Source: Klebsormidium nitens
Lineage: Eukaryota; Plantae; Klebsormidiophyceae
Direction of reading: 5' to 3'
Length of the DNA stretch: 64,000 nucleotides
Assembly (NCBI GenBank): GCA_000708835.1
Contig: DF237170.1
Span: 1-64,000, forward strand
Shown here: positions 47,011 through 59,900 of the stretch, one piece after another
How the letters are laid out: each line of letters begins with the position of its first letter
Numbering within the stretch: the stretch's first letter is position 1
Program-made: the position numbers and the translations under genes
The notes under the pieces: model-generated
What the model was told of the DNA's origin: nothing
Seen by the model: the letters and a program-made list of their open reading frames with translations, nothing else
The model's database searches: none

Positions 47011-48869
47011 CTGCAAAGCAAGGGTTGGAAGAAATCAAATGCCTAATTTCCAATAAGAAACCTCTCTGAAGCGGCCAACTTCCCAAATGTCGCCAAAGAT
47101 GCGTGCAGAACTCTAAAGAGGAAATGAAATGTGCGATACATCCCTCAGCCAATATCAGAATTTGATACACCAAACACCGTGTCTGCGCCCGATCGAGCTA
47201 TAAATCAGATTGGCAGCAGCCTGTGATCTCCTCATCTGAGAAGAGCTTGCATCCAAAGGGGACTGGAAGGAGACAGGAGCAGAAACCAGCATCCTGAGCA
47301 TCGAGATGAATCCATCATCTCACACTGCTGGTTTCGAAAATTGTTTGTAAGTCGAAGTTTCAAGCTACATGACAGTACTGGAGTCCGAATCTGAGAAATC
47401 GTCGGAAGCTTATCACAGTGGCATGCCAACTTGCTCAGATCTAGGAAGGAATCTGGAGACGTGTACGAACTTCCTTTATTATGGTTTCAGTGGGTCTCAT
47501 GGCTGTATTTGACAATCCATGATTGAGCAGCAAAAGCCGAACCAAGGCTCAAAGATCCAGCCCTTTTGGAACTACGTTAGGCTCGAGCTCTCGAGTTAGG
47601 CTCTGTCCAGTGTGTCGATGCATTATGACTAGGGAGTCCAAGTCATACCAAAACAGAGACCTTCTTTTCTGAAATGTTCCGAAGGTCAAAGGACGAAGTT
47701 GGCAGGGTTGGGACCGAGCACCAACTTGCATACATACCTTGTTCTCCATGTTGTCCTTTCAATTGGATTATGGTATGTATATTTTGAATCCTAGAAACTC
47801 AACAACTTGCGTTCTTGGCCCCCTCTCAGTCTCAATGTCGTTACTAGGTACCACTGCCGTTGCTCGCTTCCGTTGCTCGCTTCAGCAGGTCACGGTACAG
47901 CTTGCAGAGACTACATTACGCCAACAACCTGTGGACATCCTTCCTCAAGCCTTCCTCTTCCGTGATGGGAACATTAACTCAGTAGCTTCGATTATGTAGT
48001 CTGTTGCAAAATGATGCAGAGCCTCTTTCCAATGCCAGAGAAGCTTTTCCGTAACCTTTCCATTCAGATATTTGGTCGACTGATCTACTGTGTACCCTTA
48101 GAGATACTTACAGAATCGACGAGCTTGAGCAGTACTAGTTGCTGCTTAGAGGCCTTTTGGTCATTGACCAATGACGACGAGTCCACAACACGCCCAGGCC
48201 TCGCCTACTAGTTCACTAGTCTAGTTGCCTAGTTTGATTGGCAGACTAGCCCCCTAATGCGACGTTCCACTTTGACATCGGTTGAAGACGAAGGGTCGAG
48301 CTGATCTGAGCGGATGTTGCATTATGCAGTGGACTGCTGGATCTGCATGCACATGTGGTCTGCCAGCAGTACTGCAGCTTGTCTGCACTACGCTGATTTG
48401 CTGGTGATCAGCCAGGAGATCCCTGTTGAAACATTGACAGCGACGAAATTGAAAGCGGTGGAACAAAAGAATGAAGTCAACGCTGCAATGCGACGCCCTT
48501 CATCACTGACATCATGCTTACAAATAGTCTTGTGGCTACAAAGGACATGATGTGCAGACATCATGGTATAGCTGTGAGCCCGGAACAAGTCTGACAAGTC
48601 ATGCGAAGCTTATACGTCTACAGAACTCAGTCTACCTATAACGCTTCACAATGGTAGTCCGAGTCCGTAAAACTTGGTCATGTCATCATCAGACAGGGCC
48701 AACAGTACATCAGAGCCACGCGCAGTGTCGTTCAGTTGGAGTCCCAGTTCGACGCCGTGGCATCAGCCGTCGTATCCAACGGTCGTATGCAACCGTCTGC
48801 TCGCTGGCGTACATGAAGCCGCGGCCGCGCTAGCGACCGTCGGTGCAAAACGGCGCGGCGCCCGGCCCG

Positions 48870-49066
48870 CCGCGCGCGTATTTCTCGATGTAGTGAACAG
48901 CAAGCCCAGTGAACAGTAGGCATTTTGGGGTTACTAAAAACCCTAACCTAAGGAAACACCCGCTCCGCACCCGGACCCACCCTAACCCCCTAACTAACCC
49001 TACCCGTCTCCGTTACTGTTCACTGGCTGTTACTGTTCACTACATCGATCGGAATGCCGCGCGCGG
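48870..49066. mobile_element. Foldback/MITE-like element, G-rich-core family copy 4 (core on the - strand)
   Basis: Exact inverted 16-mer tcgatgtagtgaacag (48885-48900) / ctgttcactacatcga (49033-49048), extended by ccagtgaacagta and ccgcgcgcg; core 48931-49010 (ccctaacc repeats) matches 9017-9096. Confidence 0.8.
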
Positions 49067-50332
49067 CCACGTAGCCACGTATTGAGCAGTGAGAAGTGCC
49101 AGACACTGCAAGCGGCCATGGGCCGTGGGCCGTGGCACACTGTACTTAATTAATGCAATCCGCCAGTCACCTTCAAGCGTGAAGAGATTCTCCACTCGCG
49201 ATCCGCTAGGATTAGGCCCACTGAGGGGACCAATCGAGGTACGTATGAAGCAGTTTGCAAGAGTCAAGGCTGCAAGGCGTGCTGACGGTAGCAACGTCGT
49301 ACTATTCCTCGATTGACAAAGAAAAAACACTCAGCAGTCGGAGATGTGTATATTGAATGCGGGGCTTAAATCGATCACGTATATATAAGTGATTCAGTTA
49401 ATCATTATGTCATATGCGGGTCAACCAAGGCACAACCCCTAAATTGGTTTCAATGGCGGCTTTCGCCATGCAAAGTTGAAGCGTTCGATCATGACATGCT
49501 TCATATAATTGAGCATGCTGCTGTCGCATGGGCATGCTCACAATGTTTGCTCGCATATTACTACTATGGCATGCAACTTGACCGTCTGTGCAAGTGGGGG
49601 CGCGGACATATGCTTGTTGAATCTTTGAGGAAATGATGGCATGTACATGCATTTTAAGTGAAACATAAGTATGATATCTTCATATTACAGAGCTTCAGCT
49701 CGAAACGCTTTGCGGGCCTCAGCTTAGTATGTCCCATCTCTTCAACTAGATGAGTGCGCATGCACAACATGCAGGTGTAACATTCAAGACGGATATGCGG
49801 TAGTCGTTCGCAAAAAGCAAATAAAGTGACAGCACATTCGCGAAGTTGTACGACGATTGCTCTCGAACCCGGGAATTCTTAGATCTCAACCAAGTGACAA
49901 GTCCGAAACCAATGAGCGATTTAAGAAGAGCCGCATTAGATCCAACCTTACCTGCAATACGTTACTCTCTCAAGAAGAGAAGGGATTGACTCATCCAGAT
50001 TCCAATATAGAAAGTGCCGATTACTCGTGCAGTGCCATCAATCATTGCATTCGTCATAACAGGCAATCATCCTTCCCAACTTGTCGACTACAAGGCTGGA
50101 ATGCACCACCTTCAACAAGAGTCATCGACATCCTCTAGCGCACAACTGGTCGCGATCTTAAGAAGAGCCGAAATGATGACCATTCCGGACACACTGTCGG
50201 GCTCCGACGACCGGTTGACCAGACTTGATGTCCAATCCGACAATTCTACAGTGCTTGTTAGAGCAAGCAACATCCAGGCTATCTATCTACCCTAACTACA
50301 GCTAAAAGGACGGCTGCCCACCTCCTAGGTTG

Positions 50333-53300
50333 CTACTTCTTCCTTTTAACATAGGAAGACAGGAAGAAGGACGTCTGGTTCTTCTGCAGGAACCTGTGGG
50401 ACGGCAAACACGCCGTTCGTCAAAAGGCACAGTACTCGAGACACTCGGTGCAGTTAACAAGGGAAGCCGTCGAACGACCGGATGAGGACCCCCGTCACAA
50501 GCAGACTGCTCTAAGCACGGCCAAGAGGTCAACATGCTGATAGAACTGTTCGGAAAGAGGTCGGAACGATAGCAATTGAAATTCAAACTCTAAGCACGCC
50601 CCACATGTCGCTGCTGAAGACGGGAAGACGGAGCTGCCAATTTGAGCTCTAAGAATCTACATTCCACTTTGACGTTCTTAGACCGGGTCACATGCGTTTT
50701 CAGAATCTGCCGAGACCGTCGAAAACTTGGCAACAAGGTGTGCGTTATCATGATTCAAACCGCGGCCTCCGTCGACCGCGTCCGGTTTTCATAAATACGC
50801 AGCTTTGAAATGCGGTCGATTTTCGGAAAGATTCGGCCACTTTTCGGATACTCCGTAAACACCGAGCTCGGTTTTGCTCGGTTTTTGAAAGTGGTGTTTA
50901 TATGCGTCGGTAATTTCGGAGCTGCCACGTCGGACAAACTTGGCAAAAATTGGCGAACCAAGCAAAAGTGGACGAATCGGAACCGGGCACAAACAGCTCT
51001 TGTGCTACGCGGCGGGTCTCACTTGAGGAAGTCAATCAGCTTGGCCTGCAGTTGCGCCATGGACGCCTCTTCCATGTTGGTGTATACCAGCAGCTCCGGC
51101 AGTTTCACTGCACGCATAGAAATTCGCAGAGTTATGACAGAGTAGCGACCGGCACGTGCAGCAGAACCTAGCAGGGCTTGTATGCATAGAGTTGGCACAC
51201 GTTCGAGGGTGGCGAAAGTAGTTCAGCAGCAGACGGAACCTGAGAGCGCCGTTTGGGGCTATTCCTACTTAGAGTCAAACGAGAGTCAGAGTCATTTCTC
51301 AGGAAGCGATGAGGCTAGCAAGAGCTTCAACACGGCTGATACAATATTGGCTGCCGCAAGGGCTTGAAATTTATCAAGCGACGCCTGTATAGAAGTGCCA
51401 GTAGCGCGGAAGTAGGTTGACCCGTGCGACAAGTAGGGACTCCAGATACAACATCCCCGCTAGGAGAGGGTGATCGAAGTTCGGATCCACAACAGGAGAG
51501 CAGTTCTGGCGGTTATGACTGATATCGTTCTGCTTAAAGAGCTTTCTTTGAACTGCAGAAACATTGCCACAAGGACTTCAGCAAGGGGGTCACATTAGGG
51601 CTTACACAAAGCTTTGCCAGAATCTAGCCGACCACTGTCAGAGTTAATCACAGCTCTTTCGGAGCAACCTCTTCCTTTTGGTAGATACGAGATCAGCCTT
51701 TTTTCACTCAACAATCTCAAAAATCCATCCTAAAGGTGTCACGGAAAATAGAGGTTGCTCGGGAAATGCTTTTACGCCGTGCTCAGCTTGATTCAGAGGA
51801 AACAAAAGAAGTCGACAAGCGCTCACCAAACAGGCGCAGCAGGTGCTCCGCCCCGTATATGTTGGACGGGCTGATGTCACTCTCCTCGGGAATGACGTCA
51901 TTGAACTGGTCCCGCTCCTGGCTGTACAGGAGCATCGCCGGGAGGGCCTTGTCGAAGTACGAGCGCAGGCCGTCCACCACTTCTCCTGTGGCGTCGTCGG
52001 TCCTGCACAGGGCCTCGAATCTTAACGGTGCGATTGAAAGAGTAGAATAAGAGCTGATCCGCTGAACTTTTCTACTTCTACAGCAAGTTCGGTTCTCGAC
52101 ATATCAGATACATCCGCCCTTTTCCACTTACAACTCGTGCTTTGTGAAGCGACCGGTAGGCTTTGGCGCCCCAAGCTTCGCACGAAAACCGCACCCAGCC
52201 CACACCTCATTGTACCATAACAAATCAGGTGAGATAAAAAGGGAATCTTTTGCCATGTATACGGTGATTCGAAGGTGGCGGCGTCTCGTGGTGACAAGTT
52301 GCCGACTATTGAGGGTACGTATCATCTGAACTTCGATTCGGGCCAAGAGCTTGTTGACATGGCTTGTGATCCACGTTGCGAAACTGTGAAGCTTTGCAGT
52401 CTGACTATGAGCCCTGAAGCTTTGTGAAATGCTGCGTGCACTCGCCTAGTTCAACGCTAAAGCAAGCAGATAACAAAACTTCAGCCGACTCAAACATCCA
52501 ACCGCTGTTCTTGCGCGCCTCGCAAAGACGTAGAGGGCCGATCCACTGGCGCGTTGTATGTGATTGCACAAGAACGATTTTGTGCAAATTGAGGGTCCTA
52601 ACGGTCACACAAAGGGGTACCACAAGCCCAAATCAATCGTGCTTGCTCCAATGGCAAACGTGGTATTCCGTGTCGGATCAAAGCTGGTACTGAGGCAATG
52701 TAATCTATGGATCGACCAGCCCACACCCTGTCCTCAAGCGGACTCGCAAGGTCAACAGATCGACCGCTGGTGTCCACCTAATAACCTCTCAGTCGTTGGA
52801 CACAGTTCCACTTGATGTTCAGCTTGAAACAGACATACCATGCTCCTACGAAAGAAAGAAGATTACTGTAAATGTGCTCACTCCGACGACGCCTTTTTCG
52901 TCCTTGCTTCCAAGTACTTCTGCAGGATGTCGTTCACGGTCGGACTTCGAGGGAGCGGTACTAGCTGCAAGGTTAAGAAACAGATTGCGGAAAGGGTTTA
53001 TGAACAGGCCAGTTGATTGCATCCCATATTGACGTCACAAGTTCCGAAACGGTAGGAAGTTCATTACATCATCGTGAGACAGGTTGCGTGTTGACCGAGA
53101 TCGAAGTTGAGCGACTAACACGATTGGAACCAGATAACCTCGCTTCAAGAACAAGACAGCCTAAATCCTCCACTATACCCTTCATTGAAAAAGTTGCGGA
53201 AGGGAGAACACTCCAGTTGGCCGTCTCAACGAACAGAATGGAAGCCTTATGATACAAAGCCATGTCGGGGGACATGTCCTGGTCTTGCTTTGAGAGCAAT

Positions 53301-55931
53301 GCAAGAATAAAGATTATACAAAGCTTCCTGAGAAAGGGATTGGGCTCACCTTGTTGTTTTCGGTCACGTGTTTCCAGTCATCGATCAGCTGTTTCTTTAG
53401 GTGACTCGAGAGGGGCAACTTGACCACTTGCTCCGGCTCCTCCTCTTTCGCCTATGAAGAAGTAAGCGTGCGCTATTTAGACACTAGCTCTCTTTCCTCG
53501 TTCGGTGTCAATTGCATCAGTCTGAAACACTGACCGTTTTTTGCATCCAGTCGACAGGGTATATTAAGAGCTTTCGGATACGACTAACATTGTTAGTACC
53601 CGGTTGGCATTGAAGCCGATTCGACGCTTGCAAAACCTGGCCGGCCGGATCCAAAGCCTCTGACCGATTCAAATCATTTGTAACGGGATACTCCCGAGTA
53701 GACCTTCGATGAAAAACGGCATGTTGCTTGATGACGGTTCGGTCGCTCCTTCGGCGAGCTCTCAACGATGGTCATCTGAATTACGAACACCCTCTTTCCT
53801 ATCAACCACAGGTCACAGAGACGATGCCCAAAGTAATAGCAGTACCGAGGAATCCTCCTCCTTCTCTAAATACTCACCTCGTTTGCATCTGCCTTCCGTT
53901 TCTTGCCTCTCTTGGACTCGCCCTCTGCAACACAAAAGCGATCAACGTATCATTGACCTGCTTTAGCCAGGCAGTTGATGCTCTCTGTTACAAAGCAGCA
54001 TGAGGCAAGGAATACTGCCCTGCTGAAGTCCTTTGTATCCTGGAACAAGTGGGTCCAACTTGCTTGGCATAATGTGTATCTGATGGAGGCGCAAAATCGA
54101 TGAAATTTTGTCAAGCGAAACCCGAGAGATTCACAACGATCGACACTCGCAACCGCACGGGCCAGGCAATTGTACTCACAGATGCTGAGACTTCCCAGCT
54201 CTTGCCAATTTACAATGTACCAGGTCCCTCAACCAAACAGATGCTGAGCCTTTTTAGCAATTGCTATTGTCAACTTGCAAATTACCAGGTCATTTAACCG
54301 GACCCCCTCTAAGTGAGTTGCTGCAACCCCAAAGGTGGCCAGACCTGCCACAACACTTTCACGCACCTTTTCGCTCCGAGCTTCCCACTTTCGACTTCCC
54401 CCGCTTCTCGGCGGCCTCCCGGTGCACCTTCTTCTGCTTGGCAATGTTTGCGTCCGTGATCTTGAGCAGTCGCTTTGTGTCCACCCACTCATCCCAACTG
54501 CGACAAACGTATGCAAACGTCATTCCGCTCCTTATCCCCTCCTTCCTAAAAATCATAACAGATCTCCCTCAGGTCACGAGAGGCCGAGGGAATATGCTTC
54601 GAAAAAGGACAGAGACACATGCTCGACAATCGAAGCTTTCCAAGCATGAGTGGAGTTGCCGGTTTCATTATCAGAACATGTCGCAACCTTCGTCCTTCTG
54701 GACAGACTGCCTGAGCCCTTTGCCACGGGGTATCAGATTGGGCGCTGAAGGAGTCGCCAGAGCTTTGACCAGAACTTTACCGGTAGTTCTGTTGCCAATT
54801 TTTTTGAGACGTGAGTGACGGTGTCACGACTTTCCAAAAGCAGTGGGACATGGTCACGCACCTCTAACCCCATCAAGAACAAGATGCTTTGGAACTTGAT
54901 GAGAAGCACTTCGAACGTTGACTGACAAAAAGTTGACAGTCGTCCAGAACTGAGGTAGACTCTGGCCAGACTTGGACAACTCCCTCGAGCATTACAACAA
55001 GAAAGCACAACTTTTAAGGAGGACTGGAGCGATCTTTGCAATTGCCTTTCATACCTAAGACAAGACTTGCTTTCAAGCAATACTTGACTGCTGATGTAAA
55101 ATGATGCTTGACCCCGCAACGGCGTTGTTCCAAAGTCTCCAAAAGAGATTCCCAAACACGAGCCTACCTCTTGCTCCAACCCAGGTAATGCACGTAATAC
55201 CGCCACTCCTTTTTCCGAAACTCAGCCTTTTGGGTCTGGACGAAAGGGATAAACATCAGATCTTGAGTTCATATTTCACCTTTCAGTGCAGAACGAACAG
55301 GCATTTTTAAGAAGCAAAGATGCACCTAGGAAAAACCGAACTTGCAATTTTGTGAGTGACACTTGCACTGACAGTCTTCGAATGTTTCAAGAAAGGCCTA
55401 ACCTGAGGGGCAGTACCGACGAGCAACAATATCAATGGTTTTACTAAGATGCATTCTCTTTCGAAGCCTTTTTCTCTCCGAACATTGACAACCAGGACTG
55501 ATGTGAGACAATCCTGGATTCTTCAGCAATATGTTGGCTAAACATACAACCACTTGGCATGGTCAAGACAGACTTTGACCACCCAGCACCCTCAAACAGG
55601 CCGTTGCTAACAGCTCAGATCCTGACCTGATGCAAAATGTGAACCCAGATCATACATTTCAAGAAATGCACTTGGAAGCACAATTGTACCGACATGTACA
55701 GCGAGAAGATGATGTACCCGAGAGGGAAGGCCTTGATTTGTCAATGTTGGAAACAAAAACATCCAAGTCCTATCTTACCTTTGCCTCATATATCAACGGC
55801 CCATGGTAAGCGAGGACCTTTTCGCCTTCCGCAAAAGGCCCCGTGTCTTTCTTTTTCTCGTCGGACGCATCAGTGGCCGCCGCAGAGACAGACGTCTCCG
55901 CCTCCTCCTTTGGCACCGCACCGCGCGGCAT
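50333..55931 (-). CDS. MRG1: MRG-family chromatin protein (MRG15/Eaf3-like; chromo/Tudor-knot plus MRG domain), multi-exon
   Basis: FAEGEKVLAYHGPLIYEAK|TQKAEFRKKEWRYYVHYLGWSKS|WDEWV...; LKKQLIDDW; LVPLPRSPTVNDIL; GLRSYFDKALPAMLLY; PSNIYGAEHLLRLF|VKLPELL; FLK|FLQKNQTSFFLSSYVKRKK*. Confidence 0.94.
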
Positions 55932-56952
55932 GTGCGCAACCACCAAGCGTTGCGACAGATCCTCAGAGAAGGGCAGACGGCCCAATCAAGGTAAAGGGAT
56001 ACGAATGCCCCTTCTAACTTCTGTATTACACAAAGGTCCGATTTCTTCGCTCGACCTGTCTGTAATGGCCCAAACCTTTTCCAAATGCGCTCAAGATAGC
56101 GACAACGCTCCTATACGAAGCAGCGCACAAATGCCCTTGAGCGTCAGCACGAAGGGTGGCTCGCTGCAACAGCGCATACACGCTGGTTTCATACAAGACC
56201 CTGCAGGCCGTGGAATCACTACCTCAATGCAAGGGCGGCTGCCAGGCAGCTGTCCAACAAAGCGACAACTTGTTCAATGAACAGTTCACAAAAACTAGTA
56301 GTAGGGGCCGGGCGTTCCGAAGCTATGGCGTTCCTGCTGCGCATGATCTGCTCAGAGTCAGACTGCCGCGCTGTGCAAATTCTGTTTTCCCGCGAAGCAG
56401 GCGGTTTCTAGGCTCAGACAACTAGGTTGACCGCAAACCGACGGCGCATTCCTAGGTTCGCTTCCGCGCACTTGGCGCCGCAACCGTCGATATGCTTACT
56501 GTGACCACACTGCTTCTTTTCTACCGTGCGATTTACCTCCAGGCTCCATATACCGTACAATGGTTTAACAACACGACATCTTACGGCAAGGAGGTTGACC
56601 GCCGTCGTCGATCGACGCACACGGTGCTGCCAACGTGGCAGCCACGAGTCTCGTCACTAACCGCCACCTCAGACTCATGAAGAGTCAGAGGATCCGCAGT
56701 CCGAGAATCATTCAGAGAATCAAAAGCGAAAGCCTCTTCAAAGACCAGAAGGAAGTGAGGCCCAGGGAAGCGGAAGTCGAAGGAAGGGCGCCAGAACGTG
56801 GAGCAGGAAAACCTCTCAATATTGTACATACAGAAAAGGCTACACAATTGCGCGAAAGAGACTGCAGCCATCGTTTTGAAATTTCCGCAGGGTAACATAC
56901 ATCTTCTAGCTTGTGTGGAGCTGATTGCCGTAGCGGCAAAAGCGCGTGAAGG

Positions 56953-59900
56953 ATGCCTGCCTCGAGGGAGCCGGAGCAGGTCATCCTCTCTAGATGTGGG
57001 GCTGTACTTGGCAAGAAGACGGTGCTGAAAAGTGACCACTTTCCAGGCTGTCAGAATAAGAAGCTGATGCCCCATTTGGATGGGGCACCGAACTACCGGC
57101 AGGTCAGTCAAGGCTGGTATATGTGCATTCATCAAATTGGTTTCTCAATCGGTTGCACTAGAAGTCAATTTTCTTGGACACTGGCATTGCGCCTTTTCCC
57201 TCTTCCCAATGATGTGGTGCCTGCCCTAATCTGCTTTTGATTTTACAAGTTCAGAGGTAGTCGCTCTTCAGCTTACCACGGACTACGGACATTTTTTGAT
57301 GAACGCACTGCACACGAAAATTAGAGTACTTTGAAGTTCATTACAGTGGAGTCTCTTTCCCCCTTCCAGATGTCATTCAGCTCTGCATCAGTCCCTCACA
57401 TGCTCAGTTGGTATACTCTGTGTTCCCGGTGCATTGATTGCTTCATTGCTTTGATTGCTTTAGCAGCAATCAGCCAGAAACCGACATACCGTTCAGCTGT
57501 TTAGGCTTTAAAATTGTTCTCCTGGACGCTAAGCTTGTTTGCTTCCTTTTTGATTTCTTGGTAAAAGTGAGACGACAGCATTGCAGAGGGTAAACGTCCC
57601 TCAGAGACCCTGTTGTTGCTTGGGTTCTCCTTAACTTTGAAGCATTTGGGCAAGAACAGATTGCCTGTTGTCAACCGAGAGAATGCAGGGTAGCGCTGAA
57701 CGTTGTTTCACAGGAGCCTGTCCCTAAGAAGGAGAAGGGATTTAAGGCGCAGTTTGAAGCTTTATCCCAAAGCCTAGTGTTGAGTGAAGAGGAGGCTCGA
57801 AACTTTGGTTGAGTGAAAGCTGCCTTGGGCATTTAACCAGGGTGCTTGATATCTTCCCATGTAAAAGTTGATGACGAAAACTTATAAAAAGTTGACCCAC
57901 AATTTGGGGAATGGGGTCGACAGAATACCAATGTGGCCGCTAAGCGCACCTGCTTTCTATCCATGCACTTACTACGTCATTGAGTGTGACTTGGAAATGC
58001 TGATTTCTGATTGAAGTAATCATGTGCATTCATGAAACGCACAAGCTCTCCTCTTATACATGAAGTGCAGTTCGACAAATTTCGCACAGTCCTTTGCCCC
58101 TTCAGTGACAAAATCGTCTCTGAGGATTCTGATGATATTACTCTTGGCACGTATTCTTTCTATACTCTGCCTATCAAAAAGGAGTCGTGGAAATCGGCCT
58201 TTCCCTGACTTTGAAAAGAGAGGACAAACTATAGCAGCACATTCGTGGGGGTTCTACAAGCTTCTAGATGCTGACAGCGAATGTCAGCCATTTGCATCCT
58301 CAGCTTGGCAATATTCTAGCTCCCTTGAGTTTCTGGTCACCTAGTGGACTCGTTTTTAGAGTCACAAGGACACTGCGTGTGACTAACATGTTTTGGGTTA
58401 CTAAGACGCTTTTCTTCAGTGCTCCGAAGCTCTGTGCTTGAACACATTTGTGAATATCACTTTCGTTTGCATTCTTTTTTGTTCCTTCAAGGGCTAGATT
58501 GTTGCACGCAGAAGGCACTCATCGCAGACCCAGACGCCAAAAGTGCAAAAGACAGTCAATGAGAAACTTTTTTTTCTCAGTCTCCAACGCCGACAATTCT
58601 TGACATCTCACGCTTCTGCCCAAGTTGGGGGACATGTAGGGTCTATCCGTTTACCCCTCCGCATACCAGAAGACAGTGGTAGTGTGGGGACTTGTCACTC
58701 CCGTCTCTTGCAGCGAACTGATCTTTGCAATCGCTCCAGCCTCCCTCTGTCTGGTTCATGTTAAGTCTACCTTTTGGTCACACTTTACAGCCATTTGTTT
58801 AGGTCAAACAGTCTCCCAATTGTGCAGTCATCCACCTTTGCTTGCTAATACATTTGGAGCCAGAGCCTACTTGGCATTCCAGTCAATCGCTCTCCGATGC
58901 TCGTCCTGATCCGCCTTTGCCTTCGCTTCGAATATTCATGAATACCCATGGGTATCTTACCCCATTGGTAGGGCCTCCTTTGATGCTCAAGACCTCCGGT
59001 TCTCGGAACCAAACGCAGAACATTGAGCCCTGGGCGCTCGACCCTCTCGCGCACGGCGTCGCAAATTCAAGCACTTCCAAAATGCTCTTCTGAAGTGCTC
59101 AAGCAACCACGCGTTTCCCAAAAAGGCAGCCGTTTTGGCCCCTGGCTGACAGTAAATACACTTCTTCCCCCAAGTGGCGCTTTGCGGTCTCTCAGTATAT
59201 GACGCCGTAGTCTCAGCCACTTGGATGTGCCTCCCTACAATTGCATAGTCAACCAGGCACTTCGAAAGGCGGCCATCCTAGCCCCTTGCTGACAAGAATT
59301 TCATCCTCGCAGGTTGGCGACCTCCCCGTATATGGCGTTGCGATCCCGACCGCCGCCGGCATTCGGCACGTTCTTGACCAGATTGGGTGCGGCCCCGACG
59401 CCCACCGCCGTGCGCTGTGGCACAACATGCGCGAGGAGCCCGTTCTCTACATCAACGGGCGGCCCTTTGTGTTGCGCGAAGTCGAGCGGCCGTTCACAAA
59501 CCTGGAGTACACGGGGATCGACAGGGCGAGAGTGGAGCAGATGGAGGAGCGGCTGAAAGAGGACGTGCTGCGCGAGTCGGAGAGGTGGGCGTTAGATCTG
59601 TATCTGTTGTTAAAGAGTCCCTCTGGATTGCCCCCCCCTTGGTTATTGTTTTTGCCTCAGGTTGTGGTTGAAAAGAGTTTAGCACGTGTTATGCGGACGT
59701 TCTTGTAGAGTCATGGGAAAGGTTCCGCGGTGGGAGCGGGAGGAGCTGAGTGGTGTTTTAAGAATCTGGGCTTGTTGGCACATTCTATAAGGCGTTTGAG
59801 AGGTGGGGTGACTTCGTCCTGCCCCGTCAGCAGATTCTTATGATTGAACTGCCTCTTCACTTGTCAGCGGTTCTGATCGTGAAAGCCTGTCGTTTGTGAC

